Positions 26,247 through 35,389 of a DNA stretch of 53,943 nt are shown here, piece by piece (the stretch's first letter is position 1; each line of letters begins with the position of its first letter). The stretch is from assembly GCA_019309815.1 (NCBI GenBank), contig JAFDFO010000005.1, positions 1 through 53,943 on the forward strand. The letters are read 5' to 3'. The stretch comes from Deltaproteobacteria bacterium (GTDB lineage Bacteria > Desulfobacterota > Desulfobacteria > Desulfobacterales > C00003060). A model generated the notes under the pieces. It was not told the origin of the DNA. It saw only the letters and a list, made by a program, of their open reading frames with translations, and ran no database searches. A program made the translations under genes and the position numbers.

Positions 26247-28612
26247 GCCCGGATCCCCTTTTTCACAAAGTCAGTTGTTGATGTCTCAAGCTCAGCAAGA
26301 GAGCCGTCCACGTCTTCTCTATTAACCAGAACCCATTTACTCAGCAATTGAATGGCATCCTCGGGACCTAATTTGTTCAGATATGCAGCCACCTCATTGT
26401 CTTCCAGGGCAATTATGCCTTGCTTGAATTCAAAGGGGGGCTTTTCAACACAGAACATTTCTCTCAGGGCCAACGGTGGGATGCCGGAATTAATGAGTTC
26501 AAAGTAGTTCCTGAGGAGTAGAAAACTGCTCCATCGTCTGATGCTGAGAGCCAGCGTAATATCATCCAAGGTATAGGGATAAGGGATTGACTGGTTTTGA
26601 TTAATGGCCATCACAGGGGAAAACACGTAAGGTTGCCGATAGACAAGAGAAAGATACCGGATAGATTGAGCAGTTCTGCTGAGAAGAGACAACGGGGCAA
26701 TTCTTCTATAATGAATGACTTCCGGACTTTGGGCGTCTGTTTTGATGCCATAAGCTTCCCGGGGATGTGTCTGCCCACGGTATAGATAGGCGGTTAGTGC
26801 GACATGGTCGGTCAGTTCCCTAACTACACTTGCTGAAAAAACAATCAGAATGAGAGCAACAATGTATCCCTTCTTTGACAGCTGCCTGTGCGTCCTTATC
26901 AGAAGAAATAGGCAAAGGGGAAGACCAAGTAGTAAAAAGCTCTTGCGAAGAAATTCTGCATCATCATTTTGACAGAATGTGAGGACAAAAGCAATGTGGC
27001 CGGCCACCAAGCCAGCAAATAACCCTTTGTCCCCCAGGTCATTCCGAAGAATCCAACCGATGAAGACCAGGAGGATGATAAGAAGGAACAGATAGTTGGT
27101 TTCAGGATACCTAAGCTGTGTCATCCAGTTCACAAGGGCAATCACGGATCCCGAAAACAGAACAAACGCAACAATGGTATGGAGATGCTGGGTGCCAAGC
27201 CTGTCGTCGATCAGCGTCTTCAGGGCACCCCCTTTCCGGACAGCATCTGCTGGAAAGAGAGAACTGTTCCACGATGAGAAAAGGTGATTGAATCCCAAAA
27301 CATAGAAGTACAAAACGGTAAATAGAAAGAAGAGCACAAAACCATGGGTGTGCCTTGTGACCCAGAGAGGCGGATAAATATAATAGAGTGTTCTATGCAG
27401 CCCGCCGGCTGGTCCCAGCATCAAAAGTCCAAAACCTGCGGCAATAACGAGCCATACGGTTTTGAGTTGGTGCCTTCCAACCACAAAACCAAGAATAGCA
27501 ATGGCCCAAGGCAACAACCCTATGTACATATAGGCTTCTGAAGGGGTTCCCCACATACTTTTGTTGCTGGGGCCTGAAATGTGCCGATTACGTTCAGGAT
27601 AGACGATCTGGATAAAGTCCCAGATGGATGAAGAAGTACCCGTGTGTGTTATCAAACTGTAGGGCATAAGAATACCATGGTCTTCCGGCAGCGAGGTTCC
27701 TTCGTATTGCTGTGGAGACCCTTTGGGCTCTTGTTTTTCGTAACCGGCGTCCATCATCCTCGCCGGGAATACGTATTTGTCCTTTTCCAGCATAACAAGG
27801 ATGTTTGGCAACATCATCGCAACTACAATGACAAGCGTGACAGCAAACTTGAAGACAAACTTGTCGCTTTTCAGCAGTCCCCTTACAAGGTCTCGGCAAA
27901 ACAGCAGAAGGCCAACGGAAAAGAAGAGGATGAAAACCCACATCCCCGAGGAATAATAAGATTGCCAGTTGACTCCGATCAGAGCTGCAAGAATAAACCA
28001 GTTATGCCAGCGATAATCCCTATGGTATGTGATGCGCAAAAGAAAATATATGATGTATGGCACATACAAAAACTGATAAACTGCAGCGGCTTGCCTGAAG
28101 GGACTGAACATGAATGAAAAGTATAATAGAATGGGTATCAGAGAAACTCGAATGAATATGTTTGCAGCTAATGTGCGGAACACAATGTAGACCCCGAACA
28201 CCATCACGATATTTTGAACAAAGTGCACCCAGTTATATAGCGACACAAGGTCATTGCTACCGAGATACTTCCCCACGTAGATAGTCAATAAAGTGATAGG
28301 CTCTAATAGTCTCAGATGTATGACTATGGGATAGAAAGGCTCACCCCCATGCGTGAATGGATTCCACAAGGGGAAATGACCATGGATAATGCTTTCGGCA
28401 AAGAACTGAAAAACCGGATATCCCCAGTAAAGGTGGTCGTGGATGAATGTGGTTTCATGTAAAACCAACATGGAGCGCAAGGTATATATGAGAAAACCTA
28501 TCCCCAATGCTCCCGCTACAATTTCTATAGACAAGAAACGTCTGGCCACAGGTCGGTGGGCCTCTGCCGATCTGGTGTTATTCCGAGTCTTGTCCGGGAG
28601 GTCGGTGCTCAT
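26243..28612 (-). CDS. YfhO-like GT-C membrane glycosyltransferase, paralogue A (truncated at the frameshift)
   Basis: HDHLYWGYPVFQFFAESIIHGHFPLWNPFTHGGEPFY (YfhO-type first loop). Near-identical N-terminal 220 aa to 38571..41315. Confidence 0.7.
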   Translation of the reverse strand: MSTDLPDKTRNNTRSAEAHRPVARRFLSIEIVAGALGIGFLIYTLRSMLVLHETTFIHDHLYWGYPVFQFFAESIIHGHFPLWNPFTHGGEPFYPIVIHLRLLEPITLLTIYVGKYLGSNDLVSLYNWVHFVQNIVMVFGVYIVFRTLAANIFIRVSLIPILLYFSFMFSPFRQAAAVYQFLYVPYIIYFLLRITYHRDYRWHNWFILAALIGVNWQSYYSSGMWVFILFFSVGLLLFCRDLVRGLLKSDKFVFKFAVTLVIVVAMMLPNILVMLEKDKYVFPARMMDAGYEKQEPKGSPQQYEGTSLPEDHGILMPYSLITHTGTSSSIWDFIQIVYPERNRHISGPSNKSMWGTPSEAYMYIGLLPWAIAILGFVVGRHQLKTVWLVIAAGFGLLMLGPAGGLHRTLYYIYPPLWVTRHTHGFVLFFLFTVLYFYVLGFNHLFSSWNSSLFPADAVRKGGALKTLIDDRLGTQHLHTIVAFVLFSGSVIALVNWMTQLRYPETNYLFLLIILLVFIGWILRNDLGDKGLFAGLVAGHIAFVLTFCQNDDAEFLRKSFLLLGLPLCLFLLIRTHRQLSKKGYIVALILIVFSASVVRELTDHVALTAYLYRGQTHPREAYGIKTDAQSPEVIHYRRIAPLSLLSRTAQSIRYLSLVYRQPYVFSPVMAINQNQSIPYPYTLDDITLALSIRRWSSFLLLRNYFELINSGIPPLALREMFCVEKPPFEFKQGIIALEDNEVAAYLNKLGPEDAIQLLSKWVLVNREDVDGSLAELETSTTDFVKKGIRA

Positions 28613-28624
28613 AAGAACCGCATC

Positions 28625-30043
28625 CTAGTAGCCCTTTCGATATGTCCAAAGATACTTGATGGTCTTAAGGTAGGTTAGTTTTCTCTCTTTGTTGTACCTT
28701 AGAAAGGTATTGACAAGGTAGATATAGAAGAAAAGGTGTTTTGAGCGAACGTTTTTGGCCAAGAACAGAAACAGGGGCTTGAGCTTCGGGAATATCAGGC
28801 ATAGATGGGCTACTTTATGTATGTTGGCAAGGATCTCTTTGTCTTCTCTGAGTAAAACGGATCCTCTTACAAAAGACTCCGGCAAATCATCAAAAGAGTA
28901 GTCTGGTTTCAGTAGATTTTTCTTTATGCAATATTCTGCTATGCGAGTTCCGGGAAAGGGAAGGAAAATGGCGGTGAACATATAGTTTGTGCCCATCCTG
29001 ATATTCAAGTCGATTGTGGATACAGCATCCTCAATCGTTTCATCTGGCAAGCAAAACATGTTTGAAGTCTGCAATTCAATACCTTTATTCTTCAAAACTG
29101 CAGAGCATCTCAGGAGATCCTGATTTGTGATGTTTTTGTTCAACACAGTTCTCCTTAGCCGTTCATTTCCTGTTTCAACTCCAAAACTCACTGTATGGCA
29201 TCCTGCTTCGGCCAACGCTTTTGCATGCCTTTCTTTGATGGTTTTAGCATGTCCGGTGCAGATAAACGGAACGTTGACCTCTGATTTGTACAGCTGACAG
29301 AATTCTTCCAGCCATTTCAGGCTGAATACAAACAGATCATCACAAAAGAAGAAGGTTGAAGATCCGTAAGAATTCAGACACTGTTTTATTTCTTCTATGA
29401 AGAACCTGGGGGACTTTCTTCGAATATATCTACCAGCAGTCTTGAAAATCTTCTTGAGAAAGCTGTTTGAACAGAAAGCACAGTCAAACGGACATCCTCT
29501 TGAAGACATGAATATCTTCTGGTCGAGGTTTCTGAGTTCTGAATATCGATTGTAATAGATGGCACGGTCTTCTTTAAATGAATCCAGGTTCGTGGGAAGG
29601 CGAGCCACGCCCTGCAGAGTCGGAACGCCGTTTTCATAGCAGCCCATTCCCTGAACACCTTTGGGAGACCCTTCACCCCGTTCAAGCCGGTCAATAAACG
29701 AAGGAAATGCAACTTCGCCCTCACCTTGGCAGACATAATCCACACCATCTAACTTGAGGACGTCCATCGGATACATTGTGGCATGAATGCCCCCAACAAC
29801 AATGGGTACCTGAGGCATAAGTTGCTTTATTTCTGGAGACATCTTCTTAAGCCATCGATGCTCGGTAGACATGACGGAAAAGCACACTAAATCAGGTTTC
29901 AGGCTTCTCAACTTCGAAGTGAAATCAGGCTCACTGGCACTGATCAAAACATCGGTTTCATGTCCTTGTTGCTTCAACACATCAGATAAAGACATGATTC
30001 CAAAATAGGGAAACAGCTGTTTCTGAACAAAACATATCTTCAT
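28625..30043 (-). CDS. B12-binding-domain radical SAM enzyme
   Basis: N-terminal B12-binding-like fold (MKICFVQKQLFPYFGIMSLSDVLKQQGHETDVL) and SSRGCPFDCAFC. Start set at ATG 30043, preceded by AAGGGGA. Confidence 0.8.
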   Translation of the reverse strand: MKICFVQKQLFPYFGIMSLSDVLKQQGHETDVLISASEPDFTSKLRSLKPDLVCFSVMSTEHRWLKKMSPEIKQLMPQVPIVVGGIHATMYPMDVLKLDGVDYVCQGEGEVAFPSFIDRLERGEGSPKGVQGMGCYENGVPTLQGVARLPTNLDSFKEDRAIYYNRYSELRNLDQKIFMSSRGCPFDCAFCSNSFLKKIFKTAGRYIRRKSPRFFIEEIKQCLNSYGSSTFFFCDDLFVFSLKWLEEFCQLYKSEVNVPFICTGHAKTIKERHAKALAEAGCHTVSFGVETGNERLRRTVLNKNITNQDLLRCSAVLKNKGIELQTSNMFCLPDETIEDAVSTIDLNIRMGTNYMFTAIFLPFPGTRIAEYCIKKNLLKPDYSFDDLPESFVRGSVLLREDKEILANIHKVAHLCLIFPKLKPLFLFLAKNVRSKHLFFYIYLVNTFLRYNKERKLTYLKTIKYLWTYRKGY

Positions 30044-30070
30044 CAAAATCCCCTTATTCGCACTGTGTGG

Positions 30071-30088
30071 CTTGCAAGGCAGAAGCCT
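30071..30088 (-). promoter_or_regulatory. Candidate sigma54 promoter (-24 GG / -12 TTGCA)
   Basis: The reverse strand reads aGGCTTCTGCCTTGCA with canonical GG-N10-GC spacing, about 30 nt upstream of the ATG at 30043. 8 of 11 consensus positions match. Confidence 0.3.
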
Positions 30089-30689
30089 TTTCCCGCAAAA
30101 ACGAGACCATCTTCCGCAGCTTGCTGTTGCGTGCTCGTTTATGCGCCACACGCACACCAAGGCCTGTGTTCAATCATCGGGTCAGGTGCGGGGAAATTGG
30201 GAGCAACCTGCGGCCTCAACGGCATCAACCCGAAAACGCGCCACTTGCATGTCGAATTCCTGACAATGTCTTTCAGAAGCCCCGCTTCCTGGCTAATGAT
30301 TGCAGCGCCGGATGAGGCATTGATATTCAATGGGCTTGCGTATTAGCAGAAATTATATATATAATATACAGAATCCATTCAGGTCAAGGCATCGTGATTC
30401 TGAAGGTGGAGCTGGCAAAAGCGTGTAAAATCAAACGTATACGAGAGCAGGGCCCCATATTCAGGTACCGCAATTCCGTTTCATTTCAATATGAATGTAA
30501 AGGAAAAGAGGCCTCGGTTTCCGGTGAGGCAACTTGTGGTCGCCATGTAGTCCACACAGAACAACACCATTGTACCATATTACGTGTTTTTCACTTCGTT
30601 CAAGGTTGCTTCACTGAACACCCTTGTGTCCTGCGATCCAAGAAGTCCATGGCGCTTGCTACCTGGAATGACGATTCTCACATAAGGGT

Positions 30690-31217
30690 TTGTCCATGAC
30701 TGTGCTATTCTACGGCTCCCTTCTCTTTGGACTGGGCCTTGTCGTTCACGTCGTCATATGGCGCGTCCACCTCCCCAAAAGGCAAGCCAAGGTCATATTT
30801 CTGTTGTTTGCGGGGTTCCTTTTTTGCGGGTCTTACATTCTCTGGAAATATCGCCACGGGTTGTCTATCCTCGGTTTTCATCCCCCAAGTGATTTGGCCC
30901 AATATTTGCAGTTTTGGATCTACTATGTTTCGCTCACTTTGGCATACATGATCACATATTCGGCCATTGAGGCAGACAGCCCATCTCTCATCATCATAAT
31001 GAGAATCCATGAAGCCGGGAGCTCCGGTTTGGCAAAAGAGAGCTTGGAGGGCGTTATGAACGATAGAATTCTCATAGAACCGAGACTGAAGGATTTGCTG
31101 GTTGACAAGATGGCAGATTTTCAGGAAGGGAAATACCGACTAACGAAGAAAGGCGTCCTGATTGCACGGCTTTTTACGTTTTATCGTGGCATAATAAAGG
31201 CTGGCAAGGGGGGTTAA
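30690..31217 (+). CDS. Membrane protein with three TM segments and a C-terminal winged-helix-like domain, paralogue 1
   Basis: 175 aa. The C-terminal part GLAKESLEGVMNDRILIEPRLKDLLVDKMADFQEGKYRLTKKG resembles a wHTH wing (Y-x-LT-x-KG). Confidence 0.6.
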   Translation: MSMTVLFYGSLLFGLGLVVHVVIWRVHLPKRQAKVIFLLFAGFLFCGSYILWKYRHGLSILGFHPPSDLAQYLQFWIYYVSLTLAYMITYSAIEADSPSLIIIMRIHEAGSSGLAKESLEGVMNDRILIEPRLKDLLVDKMADFQEGKYRLTKKGVLIARLFTFYRGIIKAGKGG

Positions 31218-31224
31218 ACGATCG

Positions 31225-31761
31225 GTGCCACTGTTTCATATTCACATTCTTTCACCACTTTTCGGCCTACTGACGAACGTCGTCGTTCAATTATCACGAT
31301 GCAGGCATGGCAACAACCGGGGTTTGTTACGATCGGTCTTCGAGGGGTTCGTCAGTGGATATGCGACCGTGCTGGCGATTGAAGTAGCCTACTGTGTTTC
31401 AACGAAGGGGGATCTGGTGGAGTGTGTGGGCCAGATAACCCTCAGTACGATAACGTACGTCGCTTTAGGATACGGTTACTTCCATTTCATCAACTTGGGG
31501 GAGACTGCTCGGCGAGTTCGTATTCTTAGGGAGCTCTGGGAGTCTCAGGATGGTCTTTCTGTTGATGAGCTTCTGATGCGGTACAGTGCTTCGGAGATAT
31601 TTGGCATTCGCCTTCAGCGAATGATCAACAATGAACAGCTTGAGCTGCGCAACGGCAGATATTACATCGGAAAGTCCGTTATGCTGTATATGGCCAAAGC
31701 AATGGTGATGATGAAGTTGATTCTTCTCAAAAAACGAGGTGAATTCGAACAACAGCTGTAG
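31225..31761 (+). CDS. Membrane protein with a C-terminal winged-helix-like domain, paralogue 2
   Basis: 178 aa with the same architecture as 30690..31217 (GLSVDELLMRYSASEIFGIRLQRMINNEQLELRNGRYYIGK). Confidence 0.6.
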   Translation: MPLFHIHILSPLFGLLTNVVVQLSRCRHGNNRGLLRSVFEGFVSGYATVLAIEVAYCVSTKGDLVECVGQITLSTITYVALGYGYFHFINLGETARRVRILRELWESQDGLSVDELLMRYSASEIFGIRLQRMINNEQLELRNGRYYIGKSVMLYMAKAMVMMKLILLKKRGEFEQQL

Positions 31762-31839
31762 TGGGTGCGCTACTTGAAGTGGGAGTTTGCGACAAACTGC
31801 CCTTTGGCTTAACAGCAAATTTTGGAAGAGAGTTGGCCA

Positions 31840-33459
31840 ATGATTCTAATCAGTCCTAGCGGCGATCGACCCAAGAAACTGGGTGTTTTTGCCAAGTATG
31901 TTCCGTTATCAGTCCCTTATGGCATAGGTGCCTTAGCAGGGTATTTGCATCATAAAGGCAAAAAGGCGGAAGTCCTGGACGAGGAAATCGAACCAGCCAA
32001 TCCGGACGTGTTTCGATCAAAAACAAAGGATCTTACTCCCCCATACATTTTTGGGATTTCCTCTCTTACGGCAGGTATAGCAAGAAGCATTGAGATCGCA
32101 AGGACTATCAAGAGTATTCCCGATTTCTCGGATGCAAAGGTCATCTTTGGCGGGATTCATCCCACTGTTCTGCCAGAAGACGTTCTACAATCCGGATACG
32201 CCGATATTGTAGTCAGAGGTGAGGGAGAGAAGGCTCTCGAAATACTCTATGACAGAATAAAAGATGGGAAAGACTACTCTGATGTAGAAGGAATCTCCTT
32301 CCTTAGCAATGGAAACACCATACACAATGATCGCGCAGAGCTGGTGGACTTGGATACTCTTCCTTCCTTTCCTTATGACATGTTTTACCGATATTCGTCG
32401 AGATATGCTTTAGGTTTTATCACGAGCTCACGGGGGTGCCCCTATGATTGCATCTTCTGCAGCCAGCGCAGCATTTCAGGAAAGTTCTATCGTTTCAGAT
32501 CGCCGGAGACTGTTGTGGAAGAAATCGAGTATCTTTTCAAATATAGGGGCCAGAGGCATCTGACATTTCAGGATGACAATTTTCTCCCTGTCAAGGACAG
32601 GACCATGAAACTGTGCGAGCTCATTATTAGTAGGTTTGGAGATAGTATTAGCTTTGATTGCCAGGCCCGTGCTGATAACGTTGATGACGAGGTCCTGGCC
32701 GTGATGAAACAGTCCGGTTGCCGGCTAATCCATGTTGGGATAGAGAGTGCCAGTGACCGGTTACTTTCCTTGGTTCGGAAAAGGGAAACCCTCCAGCAGA
32801 TTATTGATGGGGTTCGTCTAATCCAAAAACATGGGATTCAGGTTTCAGGTACTTTTATTCTGGGGTTTCCGACCGAGACGTCGGAAGATAGAAAAGCTGC
32901 CTATGAGTTGGCAAAAGAATTGGATCTTGCTTTTGTCAGGTTCAACAATGCTACACCCTATCCAGGAACCAAGTTGTACGAAATGGCAAAAACTCAGGGT
33001 CGGTTCCTGCCAGGTGATAATTGGGAAAATCTCAACGCATGCGGTTCGTTGACTGAGAATCCCTTTAGGCGAAACAAACTCTCCTTTGTCCCTGACGGAG
33101 TGAGTGAGGGGGAGCTGAGAAATGATATTATCAAATACAACATGTTCTTTTCACTGAGACCCAAGAGAGTGTTTCGTCTGGTGTTCAATAGATTCGGACC
33201 TGCTGGGTGGTTTGAACTCCCAGAGAATTGGTTTCTCAAACCTGGAGAGTGGTATTCCTTATTAAGATTTTCAGCCAAAATTGGAATAAACTTCCTTGTT
33301 ATGTTGGCAGGGATTCTGAAATACAAGCTGAGGTCACTAAACGATCAAGGCATGCCACCCCAGCAGTCCGCTGAATATGCAGCTTCAGCCCGCAACACAT
33401 ATCTACGCAAAAAAAGGCAACACATCCCTGGTACGTTTCAACAGCAGAGTTGGAGATGA
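31840..33459 (+). CDS. B12-binding-domain radical SAM enzyme
   Basis: SSRGCPYDCIFC and an N-terminal B12-binding-like domain. ATG 31840 is preferred over the TTG at 31822. Confidence 0.8.
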   Translation: MILISPSGDRPKKLGVFAKYVPLSVPYGIGALAGYLHHKGKKAEVLDEEIEPANPDVFRSKTKDLTPPYIFGISSLTAGIARSIEIARTIKSIPDFSDAKVIFGGIHPTVLPEDVLQSGYADIVVRGEGEKALEILYDRIKDGKDYSDVEGISFLSNGNTIHNDRAELVDLDTLPSFPYDMFYRYSSRYALGFITSSRGCPYDCIFCSQRSISGKFYRFRSPETVVEEIEYLFKYRGQRHLTFQDDNFLPVKDRTMKLCELIISRFGDSISFDCQARADNVDDEVLAVMKQSGCRLIHVGIESASDRLLSLVRKRETLQQIIDGVRLIQKHGIQVSGTFILGFPTETSEDRKAAYELAKELDLAFVRFNNATPYPGTKLYEMAKTQGRFLPGDNWENLNACGSLTENPFRRNKLSFVPDGVSEGELRNDIIKYNMFFSLRPKRVFRLVFNRFGPAGWFELPENWFLKPGEWYSLLRFSAKIGINFLVMLAGILKYKLRSLNDQGMPPQQSAEYAASARNTYLRKKRQHIPGTFQQQSWR

Positions 33460-34847
33460 GAGTATTACTAGTTAGGGCAAGACCCACCAAGGTGGAGAAT
33501 ACGAGACTTCCGAAAAGTCTATCATCGGAGGTGGGATATGTTATGCCGCTCGGGCTTGCCTCCATCGCTGCATATTTGCGTGGAAAAGGCGTTTCAGTGG
33601 GTATCATAGATGCTGAGGCAGAAGAACTTTCAATTGATCAAGTCAAGAGGAAGATGGCGAGAATCGGGCCGGACATAGTCGGCATAACCAGTATGACGCC
33701 AACAGTTCATGATGACCTTGCGGTGGCCAGGGCATCTCATGAACTCGGAATCAAGGTTGTCATGGGTGGCCCCCAAATAAATGCTATGCCCGAAGAGACC
33801 ATGCAGTTTAAGTTCGTCGATTTTGCCGTGCGTGGCGAAGGCGAATATCCCATGTTGAAGATAATTCAGGCGATTGACAATGAATTGCCCTTTAGTGATG
33901 TTCCTGGGATTGTCTACAGGGACGAGGATGGCAGGGTTATAATGACGCCTCCATTCATTCATGATGATCTTGATGAGTTGCCGCCTCCAGCAAGGGACCT
34001 TTTACCCCATGAGCGTTATGCGGCCATCATTGCCAGGGGCAGACTGACCACGCTTTGCCCGGGGAGAGGGTGTCCTTTCAGGTGTGGCTTCTGCTTTAAG
34101 CAGCCATCGGACCGAAAGATTCGATTTAGAAGTCCGGAAGTGGTTGCAGATGAAATGGAAGAAGTCATAGACAGGTATGGGATACAAGAAATCAATTTTG
34201 TTTCGGATACATTCACCCTCAAGAAGAGTTTTGTGGAGGGGTTATGTGAAGAGTTGCTGAGTAGAGGCACAAAAGTGTCGTGGATTGCTCCTACAAGAGT
34301 TGATTCTGTCACGCCTGCATTACTTGGACTGATGAAAAAGGCGGGCTGTAGAAGTTTGAGGTTCGGCATCGAGAGTGGTTCGGAAAAGATACTAAGACTC
34401 ATGAACAAGGATACCAATAAGGAATATACCCTTCAAGTCTTCAGGTGGGCAAAGGAGGTGGGGCTTGAGACCTTTGCATACCTTATAATAGGGTACTTGC
34501 ATGAAACAGAGAAAGAAATAAAAGAGACTCTGGCTTTTGTTAAAGAACTAAAACCGGATTTACTCATGTATAATGCTGCGACCCCCCTTCCCAAAACAAG
34601 ATTGTTCGAGCAAGCTGTGGAGGCAGGGATCGTCGAGAAGGACTATTGGGGGAAGTTCCTGTTGGATGAAAACTATCCGAGAATCCCCTATTTAATGAAG
34701 GATACACAGAAGTGGATAGATAAAGCTTATCGCGACTTCTTCTTTTCGCCGCGATTTCTGTTCAAGAAGATGATAGAATTCCGAGGAAAGAATATTAGGA
34801 ATTATTTCAAGGCAGCCAGAGGAATAGTTGGACTCAGGAAACAATGA
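33456..34847 (+). CDS. B12-binding-domain radical SAM enzyme
   Basis: PGRGCPFRCGFC. ATG 33456 forms an ATGA overlap with the upstream stop. Confidence 0.8.
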   Translation: MRVLLVRARPTKVENTRLPKSLSSEVGYVMPLGLASIAAYLRGKGVSVGIIDAEAEELSIDQVKRKMARIGPDIVGITSMTPTVHDDLAVARASHELGIKVVMGGPQINAMPEETMQFKFVDFAVRGEGEYPMLKIIQAIDNELPFSDVPGIVYRDEDGRVIMTPPFIHDDLDELPPPARDLLPHERYAAIIARGRLTTLCPGRGCPFRCGFCFKQPSDRKIRFRSPEVVADEMEEVIDRYGIQEINFVSDTFTLKKSFVEGLCEELLSRGTKVSWIAPTRVDSVTPALLGLMKKAGCRSLRFGIESGSEKILRLMNKDTNKEYTLQVFRWAKEVGLETFAYLIIGYLHETEKEIKETLAFVKELKPDLLMYNAATPLPKTRLFEQAVEAGIVEKDYWGKFLLDENYPRIPYLMKDTQKWIDKAYRDFFFSPRFLFKKMIEFRGKNIRNYFKAARGIVGLRKQ

Positions 34848-35389
34848 GTATTACCCAGAAGAAACGTGCCAAGATAATTGCAGATGCTTACAGGAATTGG
34901 GGCGCAGAAGGGAAGAAGGCCCTGGATGTTGGGTGTGGAAATGGTGTGGTATCAGATGTCTTGGTCGCAGAGCTTGGATTGAACCTGTGTGGCACTGACA
35001 TAATTGACTATCGAACGACGAACATTCCCTTTAAACAAATGGAAAATCCAGCTGAACTTCCTTTCGATGACCTGTCCTTTGATTTTGTCATGTTCAACGA
35101 TGTTTTGCACCATTCGGAACACATAGAATCACTGATTCTGGAAGGAAAAAGGGTTGGACACGCACTCCTGATGTTTGAAGACAAACAGAGTTTTCTATTA
35201 ACGATCGTTGACGTCGTGTTAAATCATATTTATTCCTCGAGGATGCCGGTTCCCCTAAACTTCAAAACCAGAGAAGAGTGGTGCTTGCTGTTTGACAAGC
35301 TCGGTCTTGAGTGGGAGGTGGGGGAGGTCTCGTATCCGTTTTGGTATCCCTTTCAGCATTTTGCCTTCAGATTGGTCAAGCGAATATGA
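34844..35389 (+). CDS. Class I SAM-dependent methyltransferase
   Basis: ALDVGCGNGV motif I, 181 aa, ATGA overlaps at both ends. Confidence 0.75.
   Translation: MSITQKKRAKIIADAYRNWGAEGKKALDVGCGNGVVSDVLVAELGLNLCGTDIIDYRTTNIPFKQMENPAELPFDDLSFDFVMFNDVLHHSEHIESLILEGKRVGHALLMFEDKQSFLLTIVDVVLNHIYSSRMPVPLNFKTREEWCLLFDKLGLEWEVGEVSYPFWYPFQHFAFRLVKRI

Larger units (their letters stand above)
25953..28627 (-). repeat. Inverted duplication, arm A (partner 38556..41315)
   Basis: Nucleotide-level homology starts at CTAGGA just upstream of the ATG in both arms and continues to the 3' end of the genes. Antisense ORFs 28443..28628 and 38555..38740 are also near-identical. Confidence 0.85.

Noticed and set aside
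30394-30699. The 101-aa Cys/His-rich ORF in the 650-bp divergent intergenic region.
   Set aside because: It has a GTG start without an SD, no recognisable motif, and overlaps the start of 30690..31217. It is more likely non-coding promoter or leader space.
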